Assembly (NCBI GenBank): GCA_041740355.1 | Contig: JBGSMD010000013.1 | Coordinates: forward strand, 68,146 to 132,145 | Source: Bdellovibrionota bacterium | Lineage (GTDB): Bacteria; Bdellovibrionota_C; UBA2361; CALJRW01 | Length of the DNA stretch: 64,000 bases | Reading direction: 5' to 3' | Part shown: positions 28,981 through 39,337 of the stretch, piece by piece | How positions within the stretch are numbered: position 1 is the first letter of the stretch | Layout: each line of letters starts with the position of its first letter | Notes under the pieces: model-generated | Told to the model about the DNA's origin: nothing | The model's input: only the letters and a program-made list of their open reading frames with translations | Databases searched by the model: none | Translations under genes and position numbers: made by a program

Positions 28981-29515
28981 AGAGCCTTGTTTCATCTTGT
29001 GCCAGGCAACTTTTTCCAGTTCTATTTTACTCCGAGTCAATAATTTCTCTAATTTCTTGAGACTCAAGTATTCTTCTTCCATAGTCAGCAAGTTCATAAA
29101 AACGCTTAAATGCCTCAATGTTATAAATAATATGCTGGGCATGCCCATTTTTACAAAGGATATAAGATTGATTTGAAGTTAAGGCTTATTAGCGAAAAGT
29201 GTTTGATACTAAACTTCGAAAGATTGTACGTATTTCTTAATATTTCCATAGATAAATTTCCATAAAATTTAATTATGATTTATCGGAGATCATAATAAAT
29301 ATTCGTTTATGAATCAAAATAACCTGCTTGATAGAATTATTAGGGAAGAAAATTGCCTGGCACCAAAAAGCAACTCTCCCAATTTTTAAACCTTTAAGAT
29401 AATAAATTACGTAAGATAATCTGTTCTATCAGCAGACCACCTGTCAAATGTCTGTGTTATAGATCACACTGGTTCAGTACTAGAAATGGATGGTAAAAGA
29501 TTTTCCTAGTTCAAA

Positions 29516-30025
29516 TTAATGTAGAATATTGTCGAGATCTGACCATACACAAACTTGCCCGGCACAAGGGAGTACAAGCATCTCGCCACCATCTGTATTG
29601 TGAGTTGGATTATTTGGCCCACCAATCACAACAAACTGGTCACCCTTTATATGATAACCACCAGCAGTAATCTGAGGTCGAAGGCCGCCTAGTCTAAATT
29701 GGTCGATATTAATAGAGGCTTCTGTCAGGACATCAGCTGTTGCACTAAATCCATAAGGGCTTAGAGCTTCAGAGCATGTCCCATCAGGAGCAAGTCCTGT
29801 TAATCCAGCATCAGCACATTGCAAGCTACTTTGAACCTTGGAAACAACACGATCAGTTATGTAGGTTTCAATTGCCATTCTAAGGGTATGAACAGATGAC
29901 ACTGCCTTATGGTTAAAAGCTTTCTGCTTAAATTCCTGATATTGAGCAACAGACATTGCGGCTAAAATGCCTAGGATTGCTACAGTCACTAAAAGTTCAA
30001 CAAGTGTAAAACCAGATTTATTCAT
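29516..30025 (-). CDS. Type IV prepilin-like protein
   Basis: G|FTLVELLVTVAILGILAA N-terminal methylation motif. Confidence 0.9.
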   Translation of the reverse strand: MNKSGFTLVELLVTVAILGILAAMSVAQYQEFKQKAFNHKAVSSVHTLRMAIETYITDRVVSKVQSSLQCADAGLTGLAPDGTCSEALSPYGFSATADVLTEASINIDQFRLGGLRPQITAGGYHIKGDQFVVIGGPNNPTHNTDGGEMLVLPCAGQVCVWSDLDNILH

Positions 30026-30253
30026 TTAATTTTCTATCGAATTCATTTTAGAAAAACTTAACTTTTTGATAGGAATTACTAGAAATGTAACTTAAACTTT
30101 ACTCTGTAGGTTAAGTTGGAGATCCTATTAAAAATTTTTCTAAATGAAATGACCAAATTATTAGCGATAGTCGGTGGAGTGACTCTTGATAGCATCGTAC
30201 CAAAAAGTCAGCCACTGTCTCTGCTACTGTAAGTAAAAATTTGTACTTTAAGA

Positions 30254-30886
30254 TTACTGAAGTCCAAAGATGCTACCGCTATTTGTTTTTCTAATCGGCT
30301 CAGGTGGAGCAATAACTGGAGGTTCTGGGCGAACTGGCCTAATCGGATCTACTGGTGGACGAGGATTAATTGGACGTGGTGGTCGATACCAAGGGAAGCG
30401 GTCATAATAAGGATCTCGGTTTTCTACAACAGTTATTGTAATATTTTTATCGGTTGGTTCATTCAAATTTTTAGCATCAGCCTCTTTTTTAGAACTCTCA
30501 CGGCTAACTTTAATATCAGTCATTGATTTAGTAATTGTATCAACTTTCTGATTTGCTTTATCAGTACAATCTTCTAAAGAACTACTTTGATCATTACAAA
30601 TTGCCAAAACATCTGAAACTAAAAATGTTAAACCAGTTTCACGTTCAGCATCAAACTTTAGTGTTTGTAAATCGTGAACAATCATTTGTTTCTGGTCTCT
30701 AGCGATAGCTTCCGCCGATCTGGGAGTTCTTTGCACTTCAGTAATTTTGCCAAGAACTTCTTCGCTACATGGTTTATTCATCCAAGTACCATTGCAATTA
30801 AAAATTTCAGCGCTAGCATAATTAGAAATTACTAAAAGCATAAGTAGCATTTGTTTCATAACTTCAACTATATCATAATGTGTCAT
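30254..30886 (-). CDS. Secreted hypothetical protein with a Pro/Arg-rich tail
   Basis: Signal peptide ASA|EIFNCNG...KPC; PRPINPRPP tail. Confidence 0.7.
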   Translation of the reverse strand: MTHYDIVEVMKQMLLMLLVISNYASAEIFNCNGTWMNKPCSEEVLGKITEVQRTPRSAEAIARDQKQMIVHDLQTLKFDAERETGLTFLVSDVLAICNDQSSSLEDCTDKANQKVDTITKSMTDIKVSRESSKKEADAKNLNEPTDKNITITVVENRDPYYDRFPWYRPPRPINPRPPVDPIRPVRPEPPVIAPPEPIRKTNSGSIFGLQ

Positions 30887-31152
30887 TGAGATCAGGAAGG
30901 AAGTTCTGAAGTATTAATAAAAAATACTTAAATATTGTGATTGGAATAATTAACTAGTAAATTACACTAGTATTTTCAATATGTTAACATGAGTACAGGC
31001 ACAGGCGTTTATAGTTATCATTAAATATTAGGTATCAATAATTATTTTATAACCATAACTTTGATAGCTTTAGGCTTAATCCTTCGAATTGAGAAAACTT
31101 TGCTTTTCCCGTGATCAAGCATTTGTGAAGTGAGAGCTTCTTCAGCAATTTA

Positions 31153-31300
31153 TATAGTGATGACAAAAAATAAATTACGAAAAAATTAAAGAGATAATTT
31201 TGTTTTTTTGTCATAAGTATATGATTTTATTATCCCTCCGGGGGATAGAAAGCCCCAAAAAGTAACTTCCTTAATTTAATTACTTTTTGGACTCTCTATA
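31153..31300. repeat. Structured intergenic repeat family B, copy 2
   Basis: Colinear with 15213..15361; shares TATATGATTTTATTATCCCTC, GGGGATAGAAAGCCCCAAA and AATTACTTTTTGGACT. Confidence 0.85.
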
Positions 31301-31324
31301 TTTAACTTAAAATTCATTTCGATT

Positions 31325-33448
31325 ATGAGCCCTGGAACAGAACCAGAAAAGCCGATAAGAAAGCAGATCAATCAACTATTTGAATTTTGTTCAAATGAAC
31401 TTCGCAAATTAGGTTTTACACCTAAAGAAGATAGTTTGAAGTGGTTAGATCTGGTTTTTCTATCTCCACAATTAAACTGGAAAGATGCCAGTAAGTTAAT
31501 TCTTTTTGCTGTTAGGGAATGTCGTAAGGAATTTGAATCCGGAAAATTTGACGAAAACTTTGATGTAATACTAAGAGACCGCACAGTTGAAAATTTTTAT
31601 TCTATCTACAATAAATCAATGGGAGTTACACAGCAGAGCAAATCTGCGACTTTAACTCCACAGGTATTGAGCGCACTTACAATTGTAATTTTAGTAGATA
31701 ATATAGCTTATAGTTATCTACAATTAGACCTGGAAAAAAAATCTAAAATTATTCAATTATCATTAGATTATTTTGAAGATTTTTTCGATATAGTTTTAAA
31801 GCTCGCTGAGAAGCTACCAGATGATATTAATCAAATCATGTCGGGTCTGAAGAAAGAGTGTATTGAGAAATATCTTTTTGAGGCTGAAACAAATCCAAGT
31901 TTAAAAAATGTAACTAATGGAATTTTTCATGGAATGCTTTTTACTTTAATGGATCACAGTGATTGGAGTGATGACAAAATTGTATATCAGACTATTTGTC
32001 AGGATAAAAAGCCAGCTGAGTTATATTCAGCTTACAAATTACTTGTAAAAGATGAAGCTGCGACTGAATACGAACAGGGAGTTGAACGCTATCAATCATT
32101 ATTAAAATTAGATAATAGAGAAAGGAGTAGAATAATTTCTGTTATTAATATTTCTGGTATTGAAGTTCCAGTAACTTTTGATTTTTTAATTCAGCATCCA
32201 GAATATAGTCAAATTGCTGATCGAATTAAGAAGTCAAATCAGCTTGATCAAGCAGAAGCTTTTAGTTTATTAATAGAATATTCAAATAAAACAGATCCGT
32301 CTGTTGCGAAGTTATTATTAGAGCTTGGAAATTCTACACCTAAATTAAATTTAGTTCTAAATGGCGAATTCTTAACTGCGCTGGAAACTCAAGACCACAA
32401 TAGTTTTGATCAAATACAAAAATTTCTACTTTTAAATAATGATCCCGAATGTCTTCAAGGACTAGTTAAGTCAATTAAAACTGGAGATGTCTTGCAGACT
32501 AAGCTAATCTTGGAAGCACAAGAATTATTATTTAAAGAATCAGAATTAAAGAGAAAGGTTATTTTAAAAATAGTTGCTATGGATGGGGAAGGTTTACCCC
32601 AAGAATTAACTCGAGATATCGTAATTAAATTAACAGCAAAAGATCCTACAAAATCAACTAGCACTCAAATAGCTTCATCAGTATGTGGAAAAAGAGTTGA
32701 CCCAAAATATAATAAACCCGAGCTTAGTGAAGCCAATCAGGTTTTTAGTAAGTATCAATGTGGACGGCTATTTCGAGAAGCGATTGAGAAGTTTGGCGAG
32801 GAGTCCGACATAGTTAAAACTTTATCTCGTCATCTAGAGCTACATTTAAAATCTAGTTTTTATCAAAGCAGTCTTGATAGCCATCGAATGCGTAGAATTT
32901 ATTTTGAAGTTATTTTAAATAACCCTGAGTATCTCTCTGCTTATGAGCAAAGACTTTTGGAACTTAATCAATTAGCAAATAGCAAAGCCCATCAGGAAGT
33001 TGATTTATTTGCCAGTTGGGTCTTAGCAAAAGAGCAAGAGTCCAAGCAGGGTGAACACCTAGCCTCAAGTATAGAGGATGATGAGGGACAGAAAATTGAG
33101 TTAAGTCAGTCTGGAACTTTTAAGTCACCACCGGCCTTTAGAAGTCTTTTGATTGTAATGCCTTTAGAGCGAGTTAATCAGTTAAGACCTGAGTTAATTG
33201 CTGAACTTGCACCGAAAATAAGTGATATTCGATTTGCTGATTCGGAAAAGTTTGCTCCTTTAAAAGATACAGCTAATAATATTCCTAGCGATCGCCTAGT
33301 GCTTTACATGACTGGTTCTGGTTCCCACTCTAATTTTCTCTCTTTTAAAATGGCCTTACCGCGAGATCATCGTGCGCGGAAGCTTTATAGCTACAAAGGA
33401 AATAGAGAGCTAAAAAAAATATTAGAATTCTTTAATAGCGTAATTTAG
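31325..33448 (+). CDS. Large hypothetical helical protein
   Basis: 707-aa ORF with no recognised motif. Confidence 0.75.
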   Translation: MSPGTEPEKPIRKQINQLFEFCSNELRKLGFTPKEDSLKWLDLVFLSPQLNWKDASKLILFAVRECRKEFESGKFDENFDVILRDRTVENFYSIYNKSMGVTQQSKSATLTPQVLSALTIVILVDNIAYSYLQLDLEKKSKIIQLSLDYFEDFFDIVLKLAEKLPDDINQIMSGLKKECIEKYLFEAETNPSLKNVTNGIFHGMLFTLMDHSDWSDDKIVYQTICQDKKPAELYSAYKLLVKDEAATEYEQGVERYQSLLKLDNRERSRIISVINISGIEVPVTFDFLIQHPEYSQIADRIKKSNQLDQAEAFSLLIEYSNKTDPSVAKLLLELGNSTPKLNLVLNGEFLTALETQDHNSFDQIQKFLLLNNDPECLQGLVKSIKTGDVLQTKLILEAQELLFKESELKRKVILKIVAMDGEGLPQELTRDIVIKLTAKDPTKSTSTQIASSVCGKRVDPKYNKPELSEANQVFSKYQCGRLFREAIEKFGEESDIVKTLSRHLELHLKSSFYQSSLDSHRMRRIYFEVILNNPEYLSAYEQRLLELNQLANSKAHQEVDLFASWVLAKEQESKQGEHLASSIEDDEGQKIELSQSGTFKSPPAFRSLLIVMPLERVNQLRPELIAELAPKISDIRFADSEKFAPLKDTANNIPSDRLVLYMTGSGSHSNFLSFKMALPRDHRARKLYSYKGNRELKKILEFFNSVI

Positions 33449-34722
33449 TTTTGGATTGTATCTCGAATCCGATCTAACTCATCTGCCATGGTATTAAGAT
33501 AACACGAATAAAAGCTTTCCATTAACTTAGTTCTGTTTGATCTGAAGTCCGGAGTTTTATGTTTAATGGACAGTTCGAATAGTTCAGTTAAAATCTTCAT
33601 TGTGGGTTTCTTTTCTAGATCGGCTTTTAAGGTAGCAATTTGTGCCGGATAGTGTCCTTGATTATTACCAATCTCTTTTCCAATGAGTTCATTTAAGGGC
33701 GAGCCTCGATGCTCTTGATCATTAATAAACTGATGCAAGGCTTTTTTAATGATTTGAAGATTTAATAGTTGTGCAGAATCTCTGGTAGATTCGGCAATAC
33801 GTAAATCATATATTTGATATTCAAATGATAGACCGCGACTTGATGTTAGAAATTTATAATCTCCGATAAAATGTATTAACTGAGCTTTGCTAAATTCCTT
33901 TTGATCTAATTTAAAGCTTGCTGGAATGTGAGGAGACATATCCACCATGGCATAAGTTGCGATTCTTACGGCTAGGGAGTGCTCAATGATGTTGATCGGG
34001 ATTGCCATTCCTTGGTAAGCAGCCTTAACCTTAGCGGCAACACAGTCCTTAAATATTACAGCTCCTGTTTCATTAGTGAGTGAAAAATCACGCGTTGGAA
34101 GCTGCGAAATCAATGCTTCGTTATCGCGATTTATGGCTACTTCGAAAAAAGGTACAAAAATTTTATGAATGCTTACAGGCAATCTTTTATTATCCGTAAG
34201 AAGTCCTGCTATTTGGTATTCATGAGACTTAACCTCTTCTTGGTAATTTTCAGCTATAGTAACAGGTAATGAGTATAAGACTACATCTTGAGCTTGATCA
34301 AGAATTAGTGATCTAGGAAATAAGATTGTTTTTTTATCTTGAAAGATTGCTTTGACTAATGGCAATGTCAGTTCTTCATATACTTTAGGAGATAGTTTTG
34401 GAAGTTGCTCTGGAACAGGCAAGTTGTATAGCTTTGATAAATCTTTAATAACCTGAACAATTTCAATGTCTCTTTCAGCTAATGATTTTAGTCTGGCAAT
34501 TGGATTAGCAGCTTTAAGTATTTCGAAATTACGGGCCTTAGTAGTAGCTTCAAAGTTTTTAAGAGTGGCAATTGCTTGTTCAGATTTTGCTAAATCCACA
34601 GTAATTGCTAATGATTCTTGAACTTTAGATATATTAGGATCTTTTTCTTCGGCCTGAGCTATTGGCAAACAACAGAGGCTCAAGCTAATTAATTTACTAG
34701 TTAAAAGGGATTGTGCATTCAT
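33445..34722 (-). CDS. Secreted hypothetical protein
   Basis: 425-aa ORF with a signal-peptide-like N-terminus (AQA|EE). Confidence 0.7.
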   Translation of the reverse strand: MNAQSLLTSKLISLSLCCLPIAQAEEKDPNISKVQESLAITVDLAKSEQAIATLKNFEATTKARNFEILKAANPIARLKSLAERDIEIVQVIKDLSKLYNLPVPEQLPKLSPKVYEELTLPLVKAIFQDKKTILFPRSLILDQAQDVVLYSLPVTIAENYQEEVKSHEYQIAGLLTDNKRLPVSIHKIFVPFFEVAINRDNEALISQLPTRDFSLTNETGAVIFKDCVAAKVKAAYQGMAIPINIIEHSLAVRIATYAMVDMSPHIPASFKLDQKEFSKAQLIHFIGDYKFLTSSRGLSFEYQIYDLRIAESTRDSAQLLNLQIIKKALHQFINDQEHRGSPLNELIGKEIGNNQGHYPAQIATLKADLEKKPTMKILTELFELSIKHKTPDFRSNRTKLMESFYSCYLNTMADELDRIRDTIQN

Positions 34723-34728
34723 TTTTAT

Positions 34729-35373
34729 TTAAAAACTAAAAAACTTAAATTTTGAACGATGTCGATTTTTTTCACTTAAATTCTCTTGGCGAAAAGTTAG
34801 AGTTTGAGTAGCCAAATAACTCTTCCGATCAGCAAGCGATAACTTTGGAACTGTAGGCAGATAATCTTGTGCTAAGGAATGATTACTTGGAGTTGGGCTT
34901 ATTGGAGGCTCAATTTGATTACCTTTAATTATTAATTCTGGTAGTAAACGAGATCTGCTTGGTGCTAAATTAACATTTAGAGTTTTATCGTTACTGGGTA
35001 AAGTTTCAATTTCAAGACTTATTAGAGGAGGGGAAAAGCAGTGATCCAGATTGGTAAGTGGCATTTTACTAAAATTAAAGACCAAGCCTTTTCTTGTTTG
35101 GATAAAGACCGTCAATGCCTCTGATACAGCTGTTTCTGGAACTCGGCAATTTCTAGCAGAGTTAATTATTCTTTGGGCAGATGAAAGTAAACCAGCTTGA
35201 CATAAATTTAGACAATCAGGAAAGATAATTAAAATCTTTTCATCAGGTAATAAATTAAAGCTTAGCGCTCTGGCGTAATTAAGGTCAAGGCTAACAGGAT
35301 CTGTGAAATCTAATTTACTTAGCCTTTTAACCAAGTGTAAATCTAATTTAAATTCACAGACTAGTGAAGACAT
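34729..35373 (-). CDS. Hypothetical protein
   Basis: 214-aa ORF co-oriented with, and 6 bp from, the next gene. Confidence 0.55.
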   Translation of the reverse strand: MSSLVCEFKLDLHLVKRLSKLDFTDPVSLDLNYARALSFNLLPDEKILIIFPDCLNLCQAGLLSSAQRIINSARNCRVPETAVSEALTVFIQTRKGLVFNFSKMPLTNLDHCFSPPLISLEIETLPSNDKTLNVNLAPSRSRLLPELIIKGNQIEPPISPTPSNHSLAQDYLPTVPKLSLADRKSYLATQTLTFRQENLSEKNRHRSKFKFFSF

Positions 35374-35712
35374 TTCCAGATGCTATAATAAACTTTGGCA
35401 GGCATCTTAACTTAATTTGATTGTTAAGGAAGAGGAACTAGACCATTAATTTGCAGATATTTTAATAATTATAGGTAGATAGTAAGTAGGGAAGATGTTT
35501 ATGTTGAGTTACTAACATCCAAAGGTATTTTGAGAAAAGGCATCAACCTTCACTTCTTTATTTGCTAAAGCTAAAGTTTAAAAAAACTTTGGTAGAAGTT
35601 AAAATTTTATGGCTTTTTAGTGAGTTTCGGAGCATGGATCAATATTTAAAAAGTATTGCTAAGTAGTCCTTTTGATTTAATACTTAGATCCTAACTTTAA
35701 TTTGCTATTCCA

Positions 35713-36000
35713 ATGTTTAAAAAAATATTATTGACGACACTTTTTTCTATTCCTGTTAATTTTGCTTTTGCCGGAGATGGGGCAACGATTATTACGGAAA
35801 GTGGTGTTCTGATTAAACTAAAAAATGGGTATGCCCAAATAGAGAGTGCGCTTGCTCAAAATGCGAATAATAAAAAACAAATTGTAGCAGTTAAGATTGA
35901 AGGCGAGACGATACAGTTAAATTTAGATCATGTTTCTTTAATTTGTCGCGATGACTGTAAGGTTGCGGAAATTAGTTATCCAAAAAAATCACAAGATTAA
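35713..36000 (+). CDS. Small secreted hypothetical protein
   Basis: Signal peptide AFA|GD; C-terminal CxxxC. Confidence 0.7.
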   Translation: MFKKILLTTLFSIPVNFAFAGDGATIITESGVLIKLKNGYAQIESALAQNANNKKQIVAVKIEGETIQLNLDHVSLICRDDCKVAEISYPKKSQD

Positions 36001-36232
36001 TTATTGTTACCTTTTAATAGTTCAGTAAGGAAAGTATTTAATTAAATATTAATTACGTGAAAAAACCTTTTGGATAATTTTAGTTAGGTTTGATAACTAT
36101 AAATTTCTTATGATTAGCATAGGCTAATCGACAAAGTTAAGACTCCCAATTTTTGGTTTTTAACTTTTTATCATTGATATAGAATAGTGATTCTAGTTTA
36201 GTACAATGCAACTCTGCTTTTAAGAAGACTAA

Positions 36233-36856
36233 ATGACTTATTTCACTAAGCAAATATTTATGTTTTTAGTAATTTTTCAAGCTTCTGATAGTACTATTCT
36301 GCCTAAATACAAACATTTCCTTATGAAAACTAATTTAGTTGTCGACAGAACTCCTATGTTTAAGGGATTTAGTCTTCTTGAGATCTTAGTAACAGTTTCT
36401 GTTATCTCGATTATTGCCGGAATTTCTGTCGCGCAGTATCAGGAATATAAACGCCATGCCAATGATTTAGTTGCGCTCACCTCTTTATATAATGCGCGGA
36501 CAGGTATCGAAGCAATGTATGCCGATAAGACTAATCAGATACAATTTTTTACATTTCGTTATAATGACGACTTAACCTCCCTATCATATCCTAACCAAGA
36601 CAGTGGAATCCCAGGTTATACTCATACGGAGGGTGTTAATCTTGATTCCTGCAGCACAGTAGTGGGAGATTATTTTATAACGGCAGCGCATATTGAAGGT
36701 ACTGCAAAAACTACTCCTCAAGTTGGTAATCGAAGGGCTACAGTTGCGCCAAAAACATATGGTTATGAATCCACAAAACCTGCAATAATCTCCGACTATC
36801 CTGGTTATTTTGGTTTATATAATTATGTATGCAGTGGCCCAGTAGTTCCGCCTTAA
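36233..36856 (+). CDS. Type IV prepilin-like protein (true start probably 36323 or 36356)
   Basis: G|FSLLEILVTVSVISIIAG methylation motif. Confidence 0.88.
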   Translation: MTYFTKQIFMFLVIFQASDSTILPKYKHFLMKTNLVVDRTPMFKGFSLLEILVTVSVISIIAGISVAQYQEYKRHANDLVALTSLYNARTGIEAMYADKTNQIQFFTFRYNDDLTSLSYPNQDSGIPGYTHTEGVNLDSCSTVVGDYFITAAHIEGTAKTTPQVGNRRATVAPKTYGYESTKPAIISDYPGYFGLYNYVCSGPVVPP

Positions 36857-37037
36857 TTTTTTGTTAACTTTATTTGCTTACTGACTAATTGTAAACTTAA
36901 GGTGAAAAGAGCTAGCCTAGTTCTTAGATAAACCATTGAATTTTACATGCTACGAGGGTAGAATTAAGTTGTAAATTTTAATTTCACCTGATACTTCATA
37001 AGCATATCTAAAAATTGAGATTGTCGTTGAATTAAAA

Positions 37038-37577
37038 ATGTATTTAGCTTGTATAAATATTTTAAGTAAAAGAAACATGCAAGGATTTTCCTTAGTTGAG
37101 CTTGTTGTGACAGTTGCAGTTGTAGGAATTTTGGCTGGTTTGGCAGTTAAAAATTATGAAGAGTATCGTGCAAAGGTGAATGATCTTATTGCATTTAATC
37201 AATTATTGATGGCGAGACAGTCGACAGAGGTGGTATTAACAGAGCTTGATAATTTAAAATTACCAATGACCTTTAATTATAATTCTGACGAATCTACGTA
37301 TTTTAGTGTAAATCTAGTAGAGCAGGCTCAAGGGTTACCAGGATATGTTCATGTAAAAGATGTAAGTTTACATGTTTGTGCACGAGATAGCAGTGGAAAT
37401 GGATATACTATTAGCTCCGTACATTCAAATGGGACTTTTGAAATGGAGCAAATTGGTGGTAGAGCAGCTAGACGTGCGAGTTTAAAACATTTCTATTTTT
37501 CAAATTTAGGGGAAACAAGATCCTTAGTGACAATCTCTACCATCTCGTGTCCAAGTCCAATCACCCCTAACCCATAA
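37038..37577 (+). CDS. Type IV prepilin-like protein (start 37038 or 37077)
   Basis: G|FSLVELVVTVAVVGILAG motif; paralogous to the upstream pilin. Confidence 0.88.
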   Translation: MYLACINILSKRNMQGFSLVELVVTVAVVGILAGLAVKNYEEYRAKVNDLIAFNQLLMARQSTEVVLTELDNLKLPMTFNYNSDESTYFSVNLVEQAQGLPGYVHVKDVSLHVCARDSSGNGYTISSVHSNGTFEMEQIGGRAARRASLKHFYFSNLGETRSLVTISTISCPSPITPNP

Positions 37578-37580
37578 TTG

Positions 37581-38834
37581 TTAGCTAGTCTTTTTTGATT
37601 TAGTTTCCACATAATCTAAATCACGATGGAAAGTTTCTTGTATTCCAAACAGTGCTAAAAAACACATTCCAAAGACTATAATCGTAATTAATAACACCGC
37701 ATTGCCGATTCCCATTTGAGGTTTGAGGTAAGCAAAAGACATGGTAAGTAAAATTGAAGTTCCACGAATAATATTAGGCACTGTTGTCGCAACTGTGGCA
37801 CGAATATTTGTACCAAACTGTTCAGCTGAAGTTGTAATTAGACATGCCCAGTAACCGGTGAATAATGCCATTAAGCCAATTAAGATTTTATATTGAAAAA
37901 TTGTACTTGGAACACCAGACGCAACAAGTAATCCTAAGACTGTAGAAAAACTTAAAAAAATTAAAATTGCCTTCTTACGACTTTGTAGATATTGGCTGAG
38001 AATTCCGGCAAATAAATCTCCTACAGTTAATCCAATTGCACCGTAGATCATAATATCAGGGACAATAAATTTTTCGGTAATACCAAATGCTCCAACAATT
38101 TCTGGAGAGAAGGTCACCATCAATCCAAAGCAAAGGTATATTGGGATACCCAAGATTACACAACTAAAATAGCGAATAAATCTGCGGGAATGACCAAAGA
38201 TTAACAGTAGCGATCCGCGTGGAACGTCAGATTTTTCTTTAACTTTATTGTACATTCCAGACTCATGGACAAAGAGCCTGAGCCCCAGCAAAGCAAAGCC
38301 CATAAGCCCACCTACTATATAGGCAGTTTTCCAATCTAAGTATTTACCCGCAAATGCAGCGGCAATAGCACCTGAAACGCCCAAGCAAGTTACAATTGTT
38401 GTTCCAATACCTCTTTTAGCTTTCGGTAATAATTCTACAATTAAAGTAATGCCAGCTCCAATTTCACCCGCCAGTCCTAATCCGCTAACAAAACGTAAGA
38501 TGGCATATTGGGTAACATCGGTCACAAATGCATTTAAAAAAGTTGCCAAAGAATAGATAAAAATTGAACCAAACATCACTTGCATCCGACCCATCTTGTC
38601 ACCCATGATTCCCCAGATGAAGCCTCCTATAAGAAAACCGGCCTGTTGCCAATTAAGTAAGGTAACACCAACATCGGTAATTTCTTCAGGGCTAAGTCCC
38701 AGAGATTGCAGGCTAGCAACACGAAAGTTACCGAAAAGCCACATATCAAAAACATCTACAAAATATCCAAGTGCTGCAACCATTACAGCAATCCAGGCCA
38801 TTTGCTCTGAGCTAAGTTTTTTAAGATTGAACAT
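37581..38834 (-). CDS. MFS transporter
   Basis: GIMGDKMGR motif A, RFVSGLGLAGE and AEQFGTNIRAT motifs; about 12 TM segments. Confidence 0.92.
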   Translation of the reverse strand: MFNLKKLSSEQMAWIAVMVAALGYFVDVFDMWLFGNFRVASLQSLGLSPEEITDVGVTLLNWQQAGFLIGGFIWGIMGDKMGRMQVMFGSIFIYSLATFLNAFVTDVTQYAILRFVSGLGLAGEIGAGITLIVELLPKAKRGIGTTIVTCLGVSGAIAAAFAGKYLDWKTAYIVGGLMGFALLGLRLFVHESGMYNKVKEKSDVPRGSLLLIFGHSRRFIRYFSCVILGIPIYLCFGLMVTFSPEIVGAFGITEKFIVPDIMIYGAIGLTVGDLFAGILSQYLQSRKKAILIFLSFSTVLGLLVASGVPSTIFQYKILIGLMALFTGYWACLITTSAEQFGTNIRATVATTVPNIIRGTSILLTMSFAYLKPQMGIGNAVLLITIIVFGMCFLALFGIQETFHRDLDYVETKSKKTS

Positions 38835-38887
38835 ATAAAATCAAGATGAACTATAAATTTGAGTGTTTAGCGTTATAATAGATTATG

Positions 38888-39102
38888 TATACTAAAACCC
38901 ATAAGTTTTTGACCTGACGGCTTGGAAAAAAGCTAAAGCTTTTTCCGTTTATCGGGTTTTAGTATATTTGTTTTCCCCAGCAGAAATGCTTGTAAAACAA
39001 GCCTCTCTGCCTTAGCGACCCCCTAGGGTCGATACAAGTGCTTCGCACTTGATATACTAGGCGACTGATTTAAACCGGTAATTTTAAATTTTGCCTAGTA
39101 TA
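38888..39102. repeat. Structured intergenic repeat family A, copy 2
   Basis: TATACTA...TAGTATA ends; terminal hairpins TATACTAAAACCC/GGGTTTTAGTATA and TATACTAGGC/GCCTAGTATA; homologous to 12917..13130. Confidence 0.85.
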
Positions 39103-39337
39103 TATAGAACGATTTATAAACCTTTGAAAGTTATTTCGTTTCATTTGATAAAAAGATTGTTTTTTTAGCTTTTGATTGTCAGAGCTTAGTTTCGATGATA
39201 GAATTTTGTTAATTGTTTAGCCTGTAGTAGTCTCTGAAAGAAACATTTTAACCGCTACTTTAGCTTTAAACGATTAGGGATTTTCCAATCTTTCTCGTTA
39301 TGCGATTCCCTTCCAATGACTTTATTAGTAGTTCTTA

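Noticed and set aside
28927-29148. 73-aa minus-strand ORF
   Set aside because: It overlaps the cassette stop, the attC3 remnant and an inverted repeat; no recognisable motif.
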